Shown here piece after piece: positions 48,938-59,110 of a DNA stretch of 64,000 nucleotides. The position numbers and the translations under genes were made by a program. The stretch's first letter is position 1; each line of letters opens with the position of its first letter. A model generated the notes under the pieces. It saw nothing but the letters and a program-made list of their open reading frames with translations. It had not been told where the DNA came from and searched no databases. Source of the DNA: Dehalococcoidia bacterium (GTDB lineage Bacteria > Chloroflexota > Dehalococcoidia > Bin125); the NCBI GenBank assembly GCA_963663235.2, contig CAXXNO010000006.1, positions 64,001-128,000 on the forward strand, in the 5' to 3' direction.

Positions 48938-49402
48938 TCAGCCACCGCCGGACTGGCGGCGGCGAAATTGCGCGTAGCGCTCGCGGATCGATTCGTGATG
49001 GAGGGCCAAGATCTCCACGGCGAGATAGGCGGCGTTGCGGGCGCCCCATGAGCCGACCGAGACGGTGGCGACCGGGACGCCCGGCGGCATCTGCACCATG
49101 CTGAGCAGCGCATCCATGCCGCGGAGGTCACTCGATGAGAGGGGCACGCCGATGACCGGCAGCGGTGAGTGCGACTTCACCGCACCGGGGAGGGCCGCGG
49201 CCCCGCCGGCCGCGGCAATGATCACCTCGTAGCCCCGCTCGACCGCCGTGGACGCGAATTCGCGGAGCGCATCCGGTGCGCGGTGCGCGGAGAGCACGTG
49301 GGTGCTGTGCTCGACGCCGAAGTCGTCCAGGATCTCGGAGGTTTTTTCCATCACCGCCCGGTCCGACTCGCTGCCCATGAGGATGGCGACCAGCGGCGGC
49401 AT
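48938..49402 (-). CDS. purE: N5-CAIR mutase
   Basis: [27 protein letters not shown]. Confidence 0.96.
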   Translation of the reverse strand: MPPLVAILMGSESDRAVMEKTSEILDDFGVEHSTHVLSAHRAPDALREFASTAVERGYEVIIAAAGGAAALPGAVKSHSPLPVIGVPLSSSDLRGMDALLSMVQMPPGVPVATVSVGSWGARNAAYLAVEILALHHESIRERYAQFRRRQSGGG

Positions 49403-49420
49403 GATGACGCTCCGGTGGCC

Positions 49421-50680
49421 CTACAGCTCGCGCAGGGCGATGTCTTGGCGGAAACTCCGGCCCTGGAACTGGATGCGCTCCGCGTTGGCGTAAGCGCGCT
49501 CACGGGCCTCGGCCAGGGTCGGAGCTTGGGCGACAACGGTCAAGACACGGCCGCCGTCGGTGATGACTGTGCCGTCCGCATCCTTCTTCGTGCCCGCGTG
49601 AAAGACGTTCACATCGGCGTCCACCGAGTCGAGGCCGGCGATCCGCTTGCCGGTCTCGTATTCGCCCGGGTAGCCGCCGCTCGCGAGCACCACGCCAACG
49701 GTGGCGTCGTCTCGCCACTCGACGTGTTGCTGGTCCAGGCGGCCATCGACGCACGCATCGAGGACGTCCAGGAGGTCGCTCTTGAGGCGGGGGAGCACCA
49801 CCTGCGTCTCCGGGTCTCCGAGGCGGCAGTTGAACTCCAGAACCGAGACGGAGCCTTCCGCGACCATCAACCCTGCGTAGAGCACTCCACGGAAGCGGCG
49901 ACCCCCCTTGCTCAGCGCCGCCACGGCCGGCGCATGCACCGAGGAGAAGATGGCCGGTGCGGCGTTCGCCGGCATGAAGCCGGGCGGGGTGTAGGCGCCC
50001 ATGCCGCCGGTGTTGGCTCCACGGTCACCGTCCTCCGCGCGCTTGTAGTCGCAGGAGAGCGGCATCGGGGCGATGTGTTCGCCGTCGACGAAGGCCATCG
50101 CGCTGGCTTCGAGGCCGCAGAGCCGCTCCTCGATCAGCACGGTTTCCGAGGCGGCGCCGAACCGGCCGCCCAGCATAGCCGCCACGGCCGCGTGCGCCTC
50201 CTCCGCCGTCGCCGGGACGACCACGCCCTTTCCAGCCGCGAGCCCGTCGGCTTTGATGACCGGTGGACGGTCAAACGAATCGACATAGGCGTGCGCCTCG
50301 GTGGCGATGCAGAACGCGGCGCCGGGCGCGTGCGCCACTCCGGCAGACGTCATCAACGACTTGGCGAAGCGCTTGGACGCTTCGATCTCGGCGGCGGCGC
50401 GGCTCGGTCCGAAGGCCGGGATGTCGCGCGCCTCGAGCGCATCGACCAGGCCGGCGGCGAGGGGCACTTCCGGCCCTACGACGACGAGGTCAATGCGATG
50501 CGAGATAGCCGCCGAGACGACGGCGCTTTGGTCTTGGACTTGGAGCGGCAGGTTCACTCCGAGGAGTCCGGTGCCGGCGTTGCCGGGAGCGCAGTAGAGC
50601 TGCTCCAGCCGGGGGCTTTGCGAGAGCGTCCAGGCGATGGCGTGCTCGCGGCCGCCAGCGCCAATCAGGAGGACCCTCAT
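49421..50680 (-). CDS. purD: Phosphoribosylamine--glycine ligase
   Basis: GGREHA, KADGLAAGKGV, NTGGMG, LEFNCRLGDPE. Confidence 0.97.
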   Translation of the reverse strand: MRVLLIGAGGREHAIAWTLSQSPRLEQLYCAPGNAGTGLLGVNLPLQVQDQSAVVSAAISHRIDLVVVGPEVPLAAGLVDALEARDIPAFGPSRAAAEIEASKRFAKSLMTSAGVAHAPGAAFCIATEAHAYVDSFDRPPVIKADGLAAGKGVVVPATAEEAHAAVAAMLGGRFGAASETVLIEERLCGLEASAMAFVDGEHIAPMPLSCDYKRAEDGDRGANTGGMGAYTPPGFMPANAAPAIFSSVHAPAVAALSKGGRRFRGVLYAGLMVAEGSVSVLEFNCRLGDPETQVVLPRLKSDLLDVLDACVDGRLDQQHVEWRDDATVGVVLASGGYPGEYETGKRIAGLDSVDADVNVFHAGTKKDADGTVITDGGRVLTVVAQAPTLAEARERAYANAERIQFQGRSFRQDIALREL

Positions 50681-51117
50681 GGGCGTGCGTCCGTGGCTGC
50701 GGCTTCGATCCGCGGCGGGATCTTGCGGAGGTCGCCCTCGATCACGACCGGATCCATGGCGTCCATCTCGCTGGCGTAGGGCATCTCGGGTACATGGTGC
50801 ATGAGATAGATCGGCAAGCCGAGGATATGGGCGAAGCCCATCTCCAGGAAGGAGTTCCCGCCGATGTAGTGCTCGATCTCCTTGGCCGTCTCGTTGAGGA
50901 CAAGGATCGCGTCGGACTTTTGAATCTTGCGCCAGTGTTCGCGGATGAGATCGAAGTTGCGCTTCAGCTCCGCGCGTTCGGCGGTGGTGGCCTGCTGGTA
51001 GTCGAACTCCTCGACTTCCACCGGCACGAGGACCGTGTGGCCTAGTTTTTCAAGGTCGCGCTGGACCTCTCGGATGCGGCGAGCGAGCGTCATGCTGGCG
51101 CAGATGGTGATGATCAT
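50677..51117 (-). CDS. Nucleoside 2-deoxyribosyltransferase-like fold protein
   Basis: ITICAS, KIQKSDAILVLN and YIGGNSFLEMGFA resemble the NDT/Rcl pattern. Confidence 0.6.
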   Translation of the reverse strand: MIITICASMTLARRIREVQRDLEKLGHTVLVPVEVEEFDYQQATTAERAELKRNFDLIREHWRKIQKSDAILVLNETAKEIEHYIGGNSFLEMGFAHILGLPIYLMHHVPEMPYASEMDAMDPVVIEGDLRKIPPRIEAAATDARP

Positions 51118-51138
51118 GGCGCGGTTCCCCTCGCCCCC

Positions 51139-52806
51139 TTACTCCCACTCGATGGTGCCGGGGGGCTTGGAGGTAATGTCCAGCACGACGCGATTTACCT
51201 GTGGCACCTCATTGACGATCCGGTTGGCGATGCGCGCAAGCACGTCATACGGGAGACGGGCCCAGTCCGCCGTCATTGCGTCCTCGGCGGTGACGGCTCG
51301 CAGCGCGACCACGTAGCCGTACGTCCGCACATCGCCCTGGACCCCTACCGAGCGGGTGTCCGTCAAGATTGCAAACGACTGCCAGAGCTCGTTGTACAAG
51401 CCGGCGGCCTTGATCTCGTCCATCACGACCCAGTCGGCGCCGCGAAGGATATCGAGCTTCTCACGGGTCACCTCGCCGATGATGCGGATGGCCAGACCCG
51501 GCCCTGGGAAAGGCTGGCGGTTCACGATCTCGTCCGGCAGCCCCAGCGCCTGACCGACGCGCCGCACTTCATCCTTGAAGAGGTAGCGCAGCGGCTCGAT
51601 CAAGCGGAACGCCATCTTCTCCGGCAGCCCTCCGACGTTGTGGTGCGTCTTGATGGTGGCCGTCACGGCCCCATCCGGCCCGCTCTCCACCACGTCCGGA
51701 TAGGTGGTCCCTTGGACCATGGAGCCGACGGAGCCCAGGTCTCGCGCGACTTCCTCGAACACGGCGATAAACGTCTCACCCACTCGCTTGCGCTTGGTCT
51801 CTGGGTCGGTGACGCCCGTGAGCGCTGTGAGGAAACGATCGCCGGCGTCGACGTGACGGAGATCGATCTGAAGGTGCCGGCGGAAAGTGTTGACCACCCG
51901 CTCCGGTTCCTCACGGCGCATGAGCCCGTTGTCCACGAAGATGCAGGTCAGTTTTTGGCCCACGGCGCGGTGCACGAGCGCGGCCGCCACCGCCGAATCC
52001 ACGCCGCCGCTGAGCGCGCAGATCACGCGCTCATCCCCCACCTGGTCCCGGATCAGGCGCAGGCTCTGGTCGATGACGTTGCCCGCAGTCCAGTCACCAC
52101 GGCACTCACAGACGCCGCGGACGAAGTTCTCCAGCAGGCGTGCGCCGTCGCGGGTGTGTACCACCTCGGGATGAAACTGGAGGCCGTAGATACTCGCGTC
52201 GTTGCCGATCACGGCTACGGGCGACGATTCACTGGACGCCAGCGCGCGAAAGCCGGGAGGCAGCTCCGCGATACGGTCGGCGTGGCTCATCCACACGGGT
52301 AGCGCATCCGGCAGGCCATCGAACAGGGCGGAATCCGGCTCGCTGCGGTGGATCACCGCATGGCCGAACTCGCGCGCCGGTGCGGGCACCACTCGACCAC
52401 CCAGTTGATCGACGATGAGTTGCATGCCGTAGCAGATCCCCAACACGGGCAGCCCGCTCTCGTAGATGTAGGCCGGGGCTCGTGGGGCGTTGTCCGCGTA
52501 GACGGAAGCGGGACCGCCCGAAAGGATGAAGCCCTTTGGGTTTAGCGCTTCGATTTGGTCCCAGGTCGCGGTATGAGGGACGAGCTCGCAGTAGACATCG
52601 AGCTCGCGGATGCGACGAGCGATCAGCATGCTGGTTTGCGAGCCGAAGTCGAGGATGACGATCGTCTCGCGCGCCGGCTGGGGCGGCTCGCCCGGTGCGG
52701 GGCGATCGGCCTGCTTGCCGCGGGCACGCTCCAGATACCCGGAGACTTCCAGGTCGTCAGTAGTGCGGATGCGGGGCGCGGGCGTGGTAGTACGGGACTG
52801 CGCCAA
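51139..52806 (-). CDS. guaA: GMP synthase
   Basis: [34 protein letters not shown]. Confidence 0.97.
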   Translation of the reverse strand: MAQSRTTTPAPRIRTTDDLEVSGYLERARGKQADRPAPGEPPQPARETIVILDFGSQTSMLIARRIRELDVYCELVPHTATWDQIEALNPKGFILSGGPASVYADNAPRAPAYIYESGLPVLGICYGMQLIVDQLGGRVVPAPAREFGHAVIHRSEPDSALFDGLPDALPVWMSHADRIAELPPGFRALASSESSPVAVIGNDASIYGLQFHPEVVHTRDGARLLENFVRGVCECRGDWTAGNVIDQSLRLIRDQVGDERVICALSGGVDSAVAAALVHRAVGQKLTCIFVDNGLMRREEPERVVNTFRRHLQIDLRHVDAGDRFLTALTGVTDPETKRKRVGETFIAVFEEVARDLGSVGSMVQGTTYPDVVESGPDGAVTATIKTHHNVGGLPEKMAFRLIEPLRYLFKDEVRRVGQALGLPDEIVNRQPFPGPGLAIRIIGEVTREKLDILRGADWVVMDEIKAAGLYNELWQSFAILTDTRSVGVQGDVRTYGYVVALRAVTAEDAMTADWARLPYDVLARIANRIVNEVPQVNRVVLDITSKPPGTIEWE

Positions 52807-52890
52807 TGCGCCTCTTGCCTCCAGTAGAATGCACGGTATCGCAGGCGTATACTCGGGTCAAGAACACTTGTCCTAACAGGACGATCCGAC

Positions 52891-53535
52891 GTGGCGAGCG
52901 TACAGATGCAAGCGGAACCGGAAGCGATTGAGCAAGCAGCGCGAGTGTTGCGGGAGGGCGGCATCGTTGCCGTCCCCACGGACACGCAGTACGGTCTCGC
53001 CGCCTTGGCCAGCCACGGCGCCGCTATCATGCGGCTGTTTGCCCTTAAACACCGCTCCGACGACCAAGCGCTACCAATCTTCATCCCGGACCAAAGCTGG
53101 CTCGACACCGTTGCCACTCATGTGAGTGAGGATGTGCGGTCTCTTGTCGACACGATCTGGCCGGGCGGCCTCACGCTGGTGTTGCGACGGAACGCAGACT
53201 GGCACTCTCTGGCCGTGCCGGGTGAGAGCGTGGCGGTACGTATCCCCGATCACCCGATGGCGCGAGCGCTGCTGACAGCGGTGGCAGAGCCCATCACGGG
53301 GACGAGCGCGAACCGTCATGGGCGCCCCGCGGCGGCGACGCCCGAGGCCGTTGTGGAAACGTTCGGCGACGAAGTGGAAATCTTGCCGCCGGGGGACGTG
53401 ACACCGCGAGGCCAGCCGTCGACTATCCTCGACTGCACGGGTGTCGAGCCGCAGATCGTGCGCGGAGGCATCGTGGGCGAGGAGCAGATCCGAGCCATTC
53501 TCGCCGGGGATCCACGGGTCCGGAACGGCGCGTAA
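52891..53535 (+). CDS. tsaC: L-threonylcarbamoyladenylate synthase
   Basis: PTDTQYGL, WPGGLT, AVRIP, GTSAN, PSTI. Confidence 0.93.
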   Translation: MASVQMQAEPEAIEQAARVLREGGIVAVPTDTQYGLAALASHGAAIMRLFALKHRSDDQALPIFIPDQSWLDTVATHVSEDVRSLVDTIWPGGLTLVLRRNADWHSLAVPGESVAVRIPDHPMARALLTAVAEPITGTSANRHGRPAAATPEAVVETFGDEVEILPPGDVTPRGQPSTILDCTGVEPQIVRGGIVGEEQIRAILAGDPRVRNGA

Positions 53536-53587
53536 CGCGCAGGGCGTCGCCGCACGTGGCGCGCCTGGGGCCTAGAGGGGGGCCACG

Positions 53588-54091
53588 GTGCGCATCGCCA
53601 TAGGCAGCGACCACGCAGGCTACCCGCTGAAAATGTTCTTGAAGGCATTTCTCGAAGGCGAGGGGTACGACCTCGTCGATTTCGGGACGGACGGCGAAGA
53701 GTCCGTCGACTACCCCGATATCGTGATTCCGCTGGCGCGCTCGATTGCCGCAGACGAGGCCGATCTCGGCGTGGTGGTGTGCAGCAATGGCGTGGGCGTG
53801 AGTATCACGGCCAACAAAGTAGCGGGCGTCCGTGCCGCGCTGTGTGGCGATCCCTGGAGTGCGCGTCGCTCCCGCGAGCACACCAACGCCAACGTCCTGG
53901 CGCTGGGCGCCCATGCGATCGGGTCGCACGTTGCGCTGGAGGTGTTGGGCGCCTTCCTGGAGGGGGAGTTCCAAGGGGGGCGACACGCGCGACGCGTGGC
54001 GAAGATCGATGCCCTAGACGCCAGCCGGAGCGAGGGCCACCGAGGGCCGGAACCGATCATTGCATCCGATGTCCAAGCTCACCGTTCGTGA
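53588..54091 (+). CDS. rpiB: Ribose-5-phosphate isomerase B
   Basis: GSDHAG, DYP, ANKV, GGRHARRV. Confidence 0.95.
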   Translation: MRIAIGSDHAGYPLKMFLKAFLEGEGYDLVDFGTDGEESVDYPDIVIPLARSIAADEADLGVVVCSNGVGVSITANKVAGVRAALCGDPWSARRSREHTNANVLALGAHAIGSHVALEVLGAFLEGEFQGGRHARRVAKIDALDASRSEGHRGPEPIIASDVQAHRS

Positions 54092-55259
54092 CATTGAGGT
54101 CCAGGGGAAACGCGCGCTCGTACGGGTCGATTTCAACGTCCCTCTGCAGAATGGCGTCGTGGCAGACGACACTCGTATCCGCGCGTCGATTCCCACCCTT
54201 CGCTATCTGCTCGACGCGGGGGCCTCCGTTGTGGTCTGCTCCCATCTGGGCCGGCCGCAGGGACAGGTGCGTGAAGAGTTGCGCATGGCGCCGGTGGGAG
54301 CGCGGCTCCAAGAGGTGCTGGAGCGTCCGGTGAAATGTGCGAGCGACTGCGTCGGGCGACCGATTGAGAAGCAAGCCCGCAAACTGGGCCGTGGGGAGTT
54401 GCTGCTGCTAGAGAACCTGCGCTTCCGTCCCGAGGAAGAGGCGAACGATCGCGAGTTTGCCTGGAGCCTGGCACAGTTGGGCGACTTCTTCGTGAACGAT
54501 GCCTTCGGGGCGTCGCACCGAGCGCACGCCTCGACGGAGGGGGTGGCGCACTTCCTCGGTTCGGTGGCCGGGCTACTCTTGGAGGACGAAGTCGAGCGGC
54601 TCGGCGCGGTGTTCCGGACCGACGCCGGAACGCGGGCGGTCATCAGCGGCGGCGCGAAGATCAGCGACAAACTGGCGCTCTTGCGCCACCTCGTGGAGCG
54701 CATCGACGTTCTGTGTATCGGCGGAGCCATGGCGCATACGTTCCTGCTGGCGCGCGGTGTAGGCATCGGCGCATCGCTGGCGGAGCCGGAACTGGTGGAG
54801 GAGGCTGGGGCCGTGCTCGCTGAAGCGGAGCGGCGGGGCTGCGTCGTCGAGCTGCCGATAGACGGCGTGATCGCCCAAGCGCCGGAGGGACCGCCACAGG
54901 CCCGGCCGGTGGTCTTCGGAGAGGAGGAGGTCCCGGCGGGCTGGCGGATCCTGGATATCGGCCCGGCGACGATCGAGCGCTTCGCCGATGCGTTGCGCTC
55001 CGCGACCGTGGTGGTCTGGAACGGACCGCTGGGCCTCTTCGAGACTCCAGCCTTCGCGGGTGGCACGATGGCGATCGCGCGGCTGATCGCGGAGTTGCCC
55101 GCCGAAAGCATCGTCTGTGGCGGGGAGACCGTGCAGGCCGTGCGCCAGGCCGGCGTGGCGGAGCAGATCAGTCACATCAGCACCGGCGGCGGCGCAGCGC
55201 TGGAGTTCCTAGAGGGGCGCAGCCTGCCCGGCTTGGCGGTCCTGCCAGATCGTGCGTAG
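54069..55259 (+). CDS. pgk: Phosphoglycerate kinase
   Basis: RVDFNVP, SHLGRP, LENLRF, GGAKISDK, STGGGA. Confidence 0.97.
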   Translation: MSKLTVRDIEVQGKRALVRVDFNVPLQNGVVADDTRIRASIPTLRYLLDAGASVVVCSHLGRPQGQVREELRMAPVGARLQEVLERPVKCASDCVGRPIEKQARKLGRGELLLLENLRFRPEEEANDREFAWSLAQLGDFFVNDAFGASHRAHASTEGVAHFLGSVAGLLLEDEVERLGAVFRTDAGTRAVISGGAKISDKLALLRHLVERIDVLCIGGAMAHTFLLARGVGIGASLAEPELVEEAGAVLAEAERRGCVVELPIDGVIAQAPEGPPQARPVVFGEEEVPAGWRILDIGPATIERFADALRSATVVVWNGPLGLFETPAFAGGTMAIARLIAELPAESIVCGGETVQAVRQAGVAEQISHISTGGGAALEFLEGRSLPGLAVLPDRA

Positions 55260-55278
55260 GGGAAGCCGAGTCTGACGG

Positions 55279-56484
55279 ATGGACCTCGATCTCGCTCGCA
55301 CGCTATCGCGGCCAGCGGAGAGCAAGATCGTCCTGCTGGTGCTGGACGGCCTGGGTGGGTTGCCGCATTCCGATACAGGCCTCACCGAATTGCAGAGCGC
55401 CACCAGCCCGAACCTGGACCGTCTGGCCGCAGAGAGTGCGTTGGGATTAACGCAGCCGGTGAGCGTGAGCATCACTCCGGGTTCTGGTCCCGGCCACCTT
55501 GCGCTCTTTGGCTATGACCCGCTGCGGTACCAAGTGGGGCGAGGGATGCTGGAGGCAGTAGGCATCGACTTCGACGTGCGCCCGAGCGACATCGCCGCGC
55601 GGGGGAATTTCTGCACGATCGCAGCGGATGGCACGATCAGCGACCGCCGGGCTGGACGCATCAGCACCGAGCGATCGGGAGTGCTGGTGGAGCGGCTGCG
55701 CGGGATCGACATTGGAGCCGAGATCGAGTTGTTCGTGGAGCCGGTGCGTGAGCATCGGTTTGTGCTGGTCTTGCGTGGCGAAGGCCTGGGCGAATCCCTC
55801 AGCGCGACCGATCCTCAACGAACGGGCGTGCCGCCGCTCCGCAGCCGGGCGAGCGACGTAGCAGGCGAGCCAACCTCCGGGGCTGTCAACCGTTTCACAG
55901 AGGCGGCGGCCGAACGGCTGGCGGACGCAGCGCCGGCCAACGGAGTGTTGCTCCGGGGCTTCGCCAAGACGCCCGAGTTGCCGCAACTGGCAGACGTCTG
56001 GAGCCTGCAAGCGGCGGGCTGCTCGATTTACCCCATGTACCGCGGACTCGCGAAGCTAGCCGGGATGACCGCCATTCCCGCCGGGGAAACGCTTTCGGAA
56101 CAGATCGCGTCCGTACACGAGCACTGGGACGGTTACGATTTCTTCTTCGTGCACTACAAGTACACCGACTCCGCGGGTGAAGACGGCGATTTCCCCGGGA
56201 AGGTGGCCCGGATCGAGGAGGTCGACGCGCAGATCCCGGCGTTGATGGATCTGAATCCGGACGTCCTGATCGTGACGGGCGACCACTCGACGCCGGCAGT
56301 GATGGCGGCGCACTCGTGGCATCCGGTGCCGTTCCTGCTGCGGTCGCAGACCGTGCGCCGTCATGCGCAGGCCACGTTTGACGAAGAGTGCTGCGCCCGA
56401 GGCTCGTTGGGGGTCTTCCCGGCGCAAGAGGTCCTACCACTGGCCATGGCGCACGCAGGCCGGTTGGCGAAGTACGGGGCCTGA
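55279..56484 (+). CDS. apgM: 2,3-BPG-independent phosphoglycerate mutase (archaeal type)
   Basis: LDGLGG, PGSGPGHLALFGYDP, TDSAGED, TGDHSTP. Confidence 0.93.
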   Translation: MDLDLARTLSRPAESKIVLLVLDGLGGLPHSDTGLTELQSATSPNLDRLAAESALGLTQPVSVSITPGSGPGHLALFGYDPLRYQVGRGMLEAVGIDFDVRPSDIAARGNFCTIAADGTISDRRAGRISTERSGVLVERLRGIDIGAEIELFVEPVREHRFVLVLRGEGLGESLSATDPQRTGVPPLRSRASDVAGEPTSGAVNRFTEAAAERLADAAPANGVLLRGFAKTPELPQLADVWSLQAAGCSIYPMYRGLAKLAGMTAIPAGETLSEQIASVHEHWDGYDFFFVHYKYTDSAGEDGDFPGKVARIEEVDAQIPALMDLNPDVLIVTGDHSTPAVMAAHSWHPVPFLLRSQTVRRHAQATFDEECCARGSLGVFPAQEVLPLAMAHAGRLAKYGA

Positions 56485-56494
56485 ACGGAGTCTC

Positions 56495-57259
56495 ATGCCC
56501 GCACGGACCCCAGTGAGCGCCGGAAACTGGAAGATGCACGCCACGAACGCCGAAGCCGACGCGCTCTGCGAAGGGCTGCGCGGGATTGATGCGATCGCAG
56601 GCGTGGAAGTGGTGCTGGCGCCGGCTTACCTGCAGCTGGCACGTGTGGCGGATCGCTTCATCGGTTCAGGAGTGGGGATCGCGGGCCAGAACATGCACTT
56701 CGAAGAGCAGGGCGCGTTCACGGGCGAGGTCAGTCCACGGCAACTGGCCGAAGTGGCCGACTGGGTGATCATCGGGCACTCGGAACGCCGGCAGTATTTT
56801 TGCGAGGACGACCGAAGCGTCAACGCGAAAGTGCGCGCCGCGCAGAGCCACGGTCTGAAGCCGATTCTCTGCGTGGGTGAGCAACGGACAGAGCGGGAAG
56901 CCGAGCGCACCGAGGCGGTGTTGCGCCGGCAGCTGCACGACGGACTCGATGGTCTCGAACTTCCTCCGGGCTTCGTGGTCGCTTACGAACCGACGTGGGC
57001 GATCGGCACGGGCATCCCCGCGACGGGAGAAGTGGCGCAGCAGGCCAGCGCGTTGATCCGCGACCTGTTGGCGGAACTCCAGAGTCCCGAGATAGCGGAG
57101 ACGGCGCGCATTCTCTACGGCGGATCGGTGAAAGCGGAAAACATCGCCGAGTTCGTGGCGCAGCCGGATATCGACGGAGCATTGGTCGGGGGTGCGTCTC
57201 TAGACGCAGAACAGTTCACCGCGATCACGCGCGCCATTGCCGCCGCCAAGAGCAGTTAG
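56495..57259 (+). CDS. tpiA: Triosephosphate isomerase
   Basis: GNWKM, GHSERR, AYEPTWAIGTG, LVGGASL. Confidence 0.97.
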   Translation: MPARTPVSAGNWKMHATNAEADALCEGLRGIDAIAGVEVVLAPAYLQLARVADRFIGSGVGIAGQNMHFEEQGAFTGEVSPRQLAEVADWVIIGHSERRQYFCEDDRSVNAKVRAAQSHGLKPILCVGEQRTEREAERTEAVLRRQLHDGLDGLELPPGFVVAYEPTWAIGTGIPATGEVAQQASALIRDLLAELQSPEIAETARILYGGSVKAENIAEFVAQPDIDGALVGGASLDAEQFTAITRAIAAAKSS

Positions 57260-57281
57260 CCTCCGGATCGTTCGCAAGGCC

Positions 57282-58187
57282 ATGGCTGAGGCAGAACCAC
57301 CGTTGATCGCCGTCGTGGGGCCGACGGCGTCCGGCAAGAGCGTCTGGGGTCTGGCGATCGCCGAGGCGGGTGGCGGCGAGATCATCGGGGCCGATAGCCA
57401 GCAGGTGTACCGCGGCCTCGACATCGGCACGGCCAAGCCGAGCGCGGAAGATCGGGCGCGGGTCCGGCACCACCTCATCGACCATGTTGATCCGCGCGAG
57501 CGCTACCACCTCGTGCGCTTTTTGCGCGAGGCGCGCGCAGCGATCGCCGACGTTCGTGGGCGGGGCCGCCGGCCCGTGCTAGTGGGGGGCACCGGCCAGT
57601 ACGTGCGAGCGCTGTTGGAGGGCTGGTCGGCGCCAGAAGTGGAGCCGGACATGACACTGCGTGCGGAGCTGACGGAGCAGGCCGCGCGCCACGGGGCAGC
57701 GGCCCTGCACGCCGAACTGACCGCCGTCGATCCTGTGGCGGCAACGCGCATCGACTCCACGAACATCCGTCGCGTGGTCCGCGCCCTGGAGGTGTACCGC
57801 AAGACCGGCCGGCCGATCTCTTCCTGGCACGACGAGCGGGCGCCACTGCCCGCAGTGATCGTGGCGCCGCTCCTGGACCGCACCGAGATAGATGTTCGTG
57901 TGGAGAAGCGGGTCGAGACGATGTTCGCGCTCGGACTCGTCGAGGAGGTGCGGGCGCTCCTGACCGCCGGCGTGCCGCGAGACGCTCCCGGGCTAGCGGG
58001 CATCGGCTATCGGGAGGTCGTGCGACACCTGGCCGGTGAGATGACGCAGGAGGAAACCGTCAAAGCCGTGAAGGCCGCCACCCGGAAATTGGTCCGGCGC
58101 CAACTGGCCTGGTTCCGGCTCGACGACCCGCGCATCCAGTGGCTGTCACGGGTCGAGGAGGCGCGGGCGCTCGTGGGAGATCCGTAG
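57282..58187 (+). CDS. miaA: tRNA dimethylallyltransferase
   Basis: GPTASGKS, DSQQVYRGLDIGTAK, VGGTGQY, IGYRE. Confidence 0.96.
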   Translation: MAEAEPPLIAVVGPTASGKSVWGLAIAEAGGGEIIGADSQQVYRGLDIGTAKPSAEDRARVRHHLIDHVDPRERYHLVRFLREARAAIADVRGRGRRPVLVGGTGQYVRALLEGWSAPEVEPDMTLRAELTEQAARHGAAALHAELTAVDPVAATRIDSTNIRRVVRALEVYRKTGRPISSWHDERAPLPAVIVAPLLDRTEIDVRVEKRVETMFALGLVEEVRALLTAGVPRDAPGLAGIGYREVVRHLAGEMTQEETVKAVKAATRKLVRRQLAWFRLDDPRIQWLSRVEEARALVGDP

Positions 58188-58243
58188 CGCCAACCCTGGA
58201 GCGACATCGACAATCGTGCTCGGGTCCGTACAATCAGAGGGCG

Positions 58244-59110
58244 ATGCCAATCCCGTTTACCAAAATGGAAGGCGCGGGCAACGATTTCGTGCTGATCGAC
58301 GCACGAGCCCAGCGGGCGGATTGGGCCCGTTTGGCGCCGCCGATGTGCGACCGCCACTTCGGGATCGGCGCGGACGGCGTGCTGGTGATGGAGAATTCCG
58401 AGAAAGCGATCATCCGGATGCGACTGTTCAACGCCGACGGCTCCGAAGCCGAGATGTGCGGGAACGGCCTGCGCTGTGTAGCGAAGTGGGCTATCGAGCG
58501 GGGCGGAGCGTCGCCGTCCGACGAGGGGCTGGCGATCGAGACCGGCGCCGGCGTTCTTTCCGCGACGGTCACCGCGCGTGCGGAGGGGACAGGTGCGATC
58601 GAACGAGTCCGTCTGGCGATGGGCGCGCCGCGGTTCGCGCCGGCGGAGATCCCCGTCGTGGCGGAGGGTCCCGGGCCCGTCAAAGACTTGCCGATTGCGA
58701 TCGATGGCAGCGAGATCCGGGTGACGTGTCTGTCCATGGGCAACCCTCACGCGGTGCACATCACGGATAGGCCGGTGGACCAGATCGATTTGGCGCGTCT
58801 GGGTCCGCTGATGGAGCGTCACGATCGATTCCCGCAACGGACCAACTTCGAGGTCGTGAACGTCGAGTCGCCGCAGCACTTGCGCGTGCGCGTATGGGAG
58901 CGCGGTGTGGGATTGACGCTGGCCTGCGGCTCGGGCGCATCCGCGGCGATTGTCGCCGCACGGCTGCACGGCCTCGCAGGGCAGCGGGCCACCGTGTCGC
59001 TGCCGGGTGGCGATCTGGAGCTGGAGTGGGACGCGGAGGGTCCGGTGTACCTGGAAGGGCCGGCAGCCTACGTCTTTGAAGGTGAGTGGAGCATCGATGG
59101 TTATTCCTGA
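58244..59110 (+). CDS. dapF: Diaminopimelate epimerase
   Basis: GAGNDF, EMCGNG, MGNPH, ERGVGLTLACGSG. Confidence 0.97.
   Translation: MPIPFTKMEGAGNDFVLIDARAQRADWARLAPPMCDRHFGIGADGVLVMENSEKAIIRMRLFNADGSEAEMCGNGLRCVAKWAIERGGASPSDEGLAIETGAGVLSATVTARAEGTGAIERVRLAMGAPRFAPAEIPVVAEGPGPVKDLPIAIDGSEIRVTCLSMGNPHAVHITDRPVDQIDLARLGPLMERHDRFPQRTNFEVVNVESPQHLRVRVWERGVGLTLACGSGASAAIVAARLHGLAGQRATVSLPGGDLELEWDAEGPVYLEGPAAYVFEGEWSIDGYS

Noticed and set aside
52670-52806. N-terminal extension of GuaA as a separate element
   Set aside because: Continuous ORF with an SD-like GAGG before the TTG; no independent feature is supportable.
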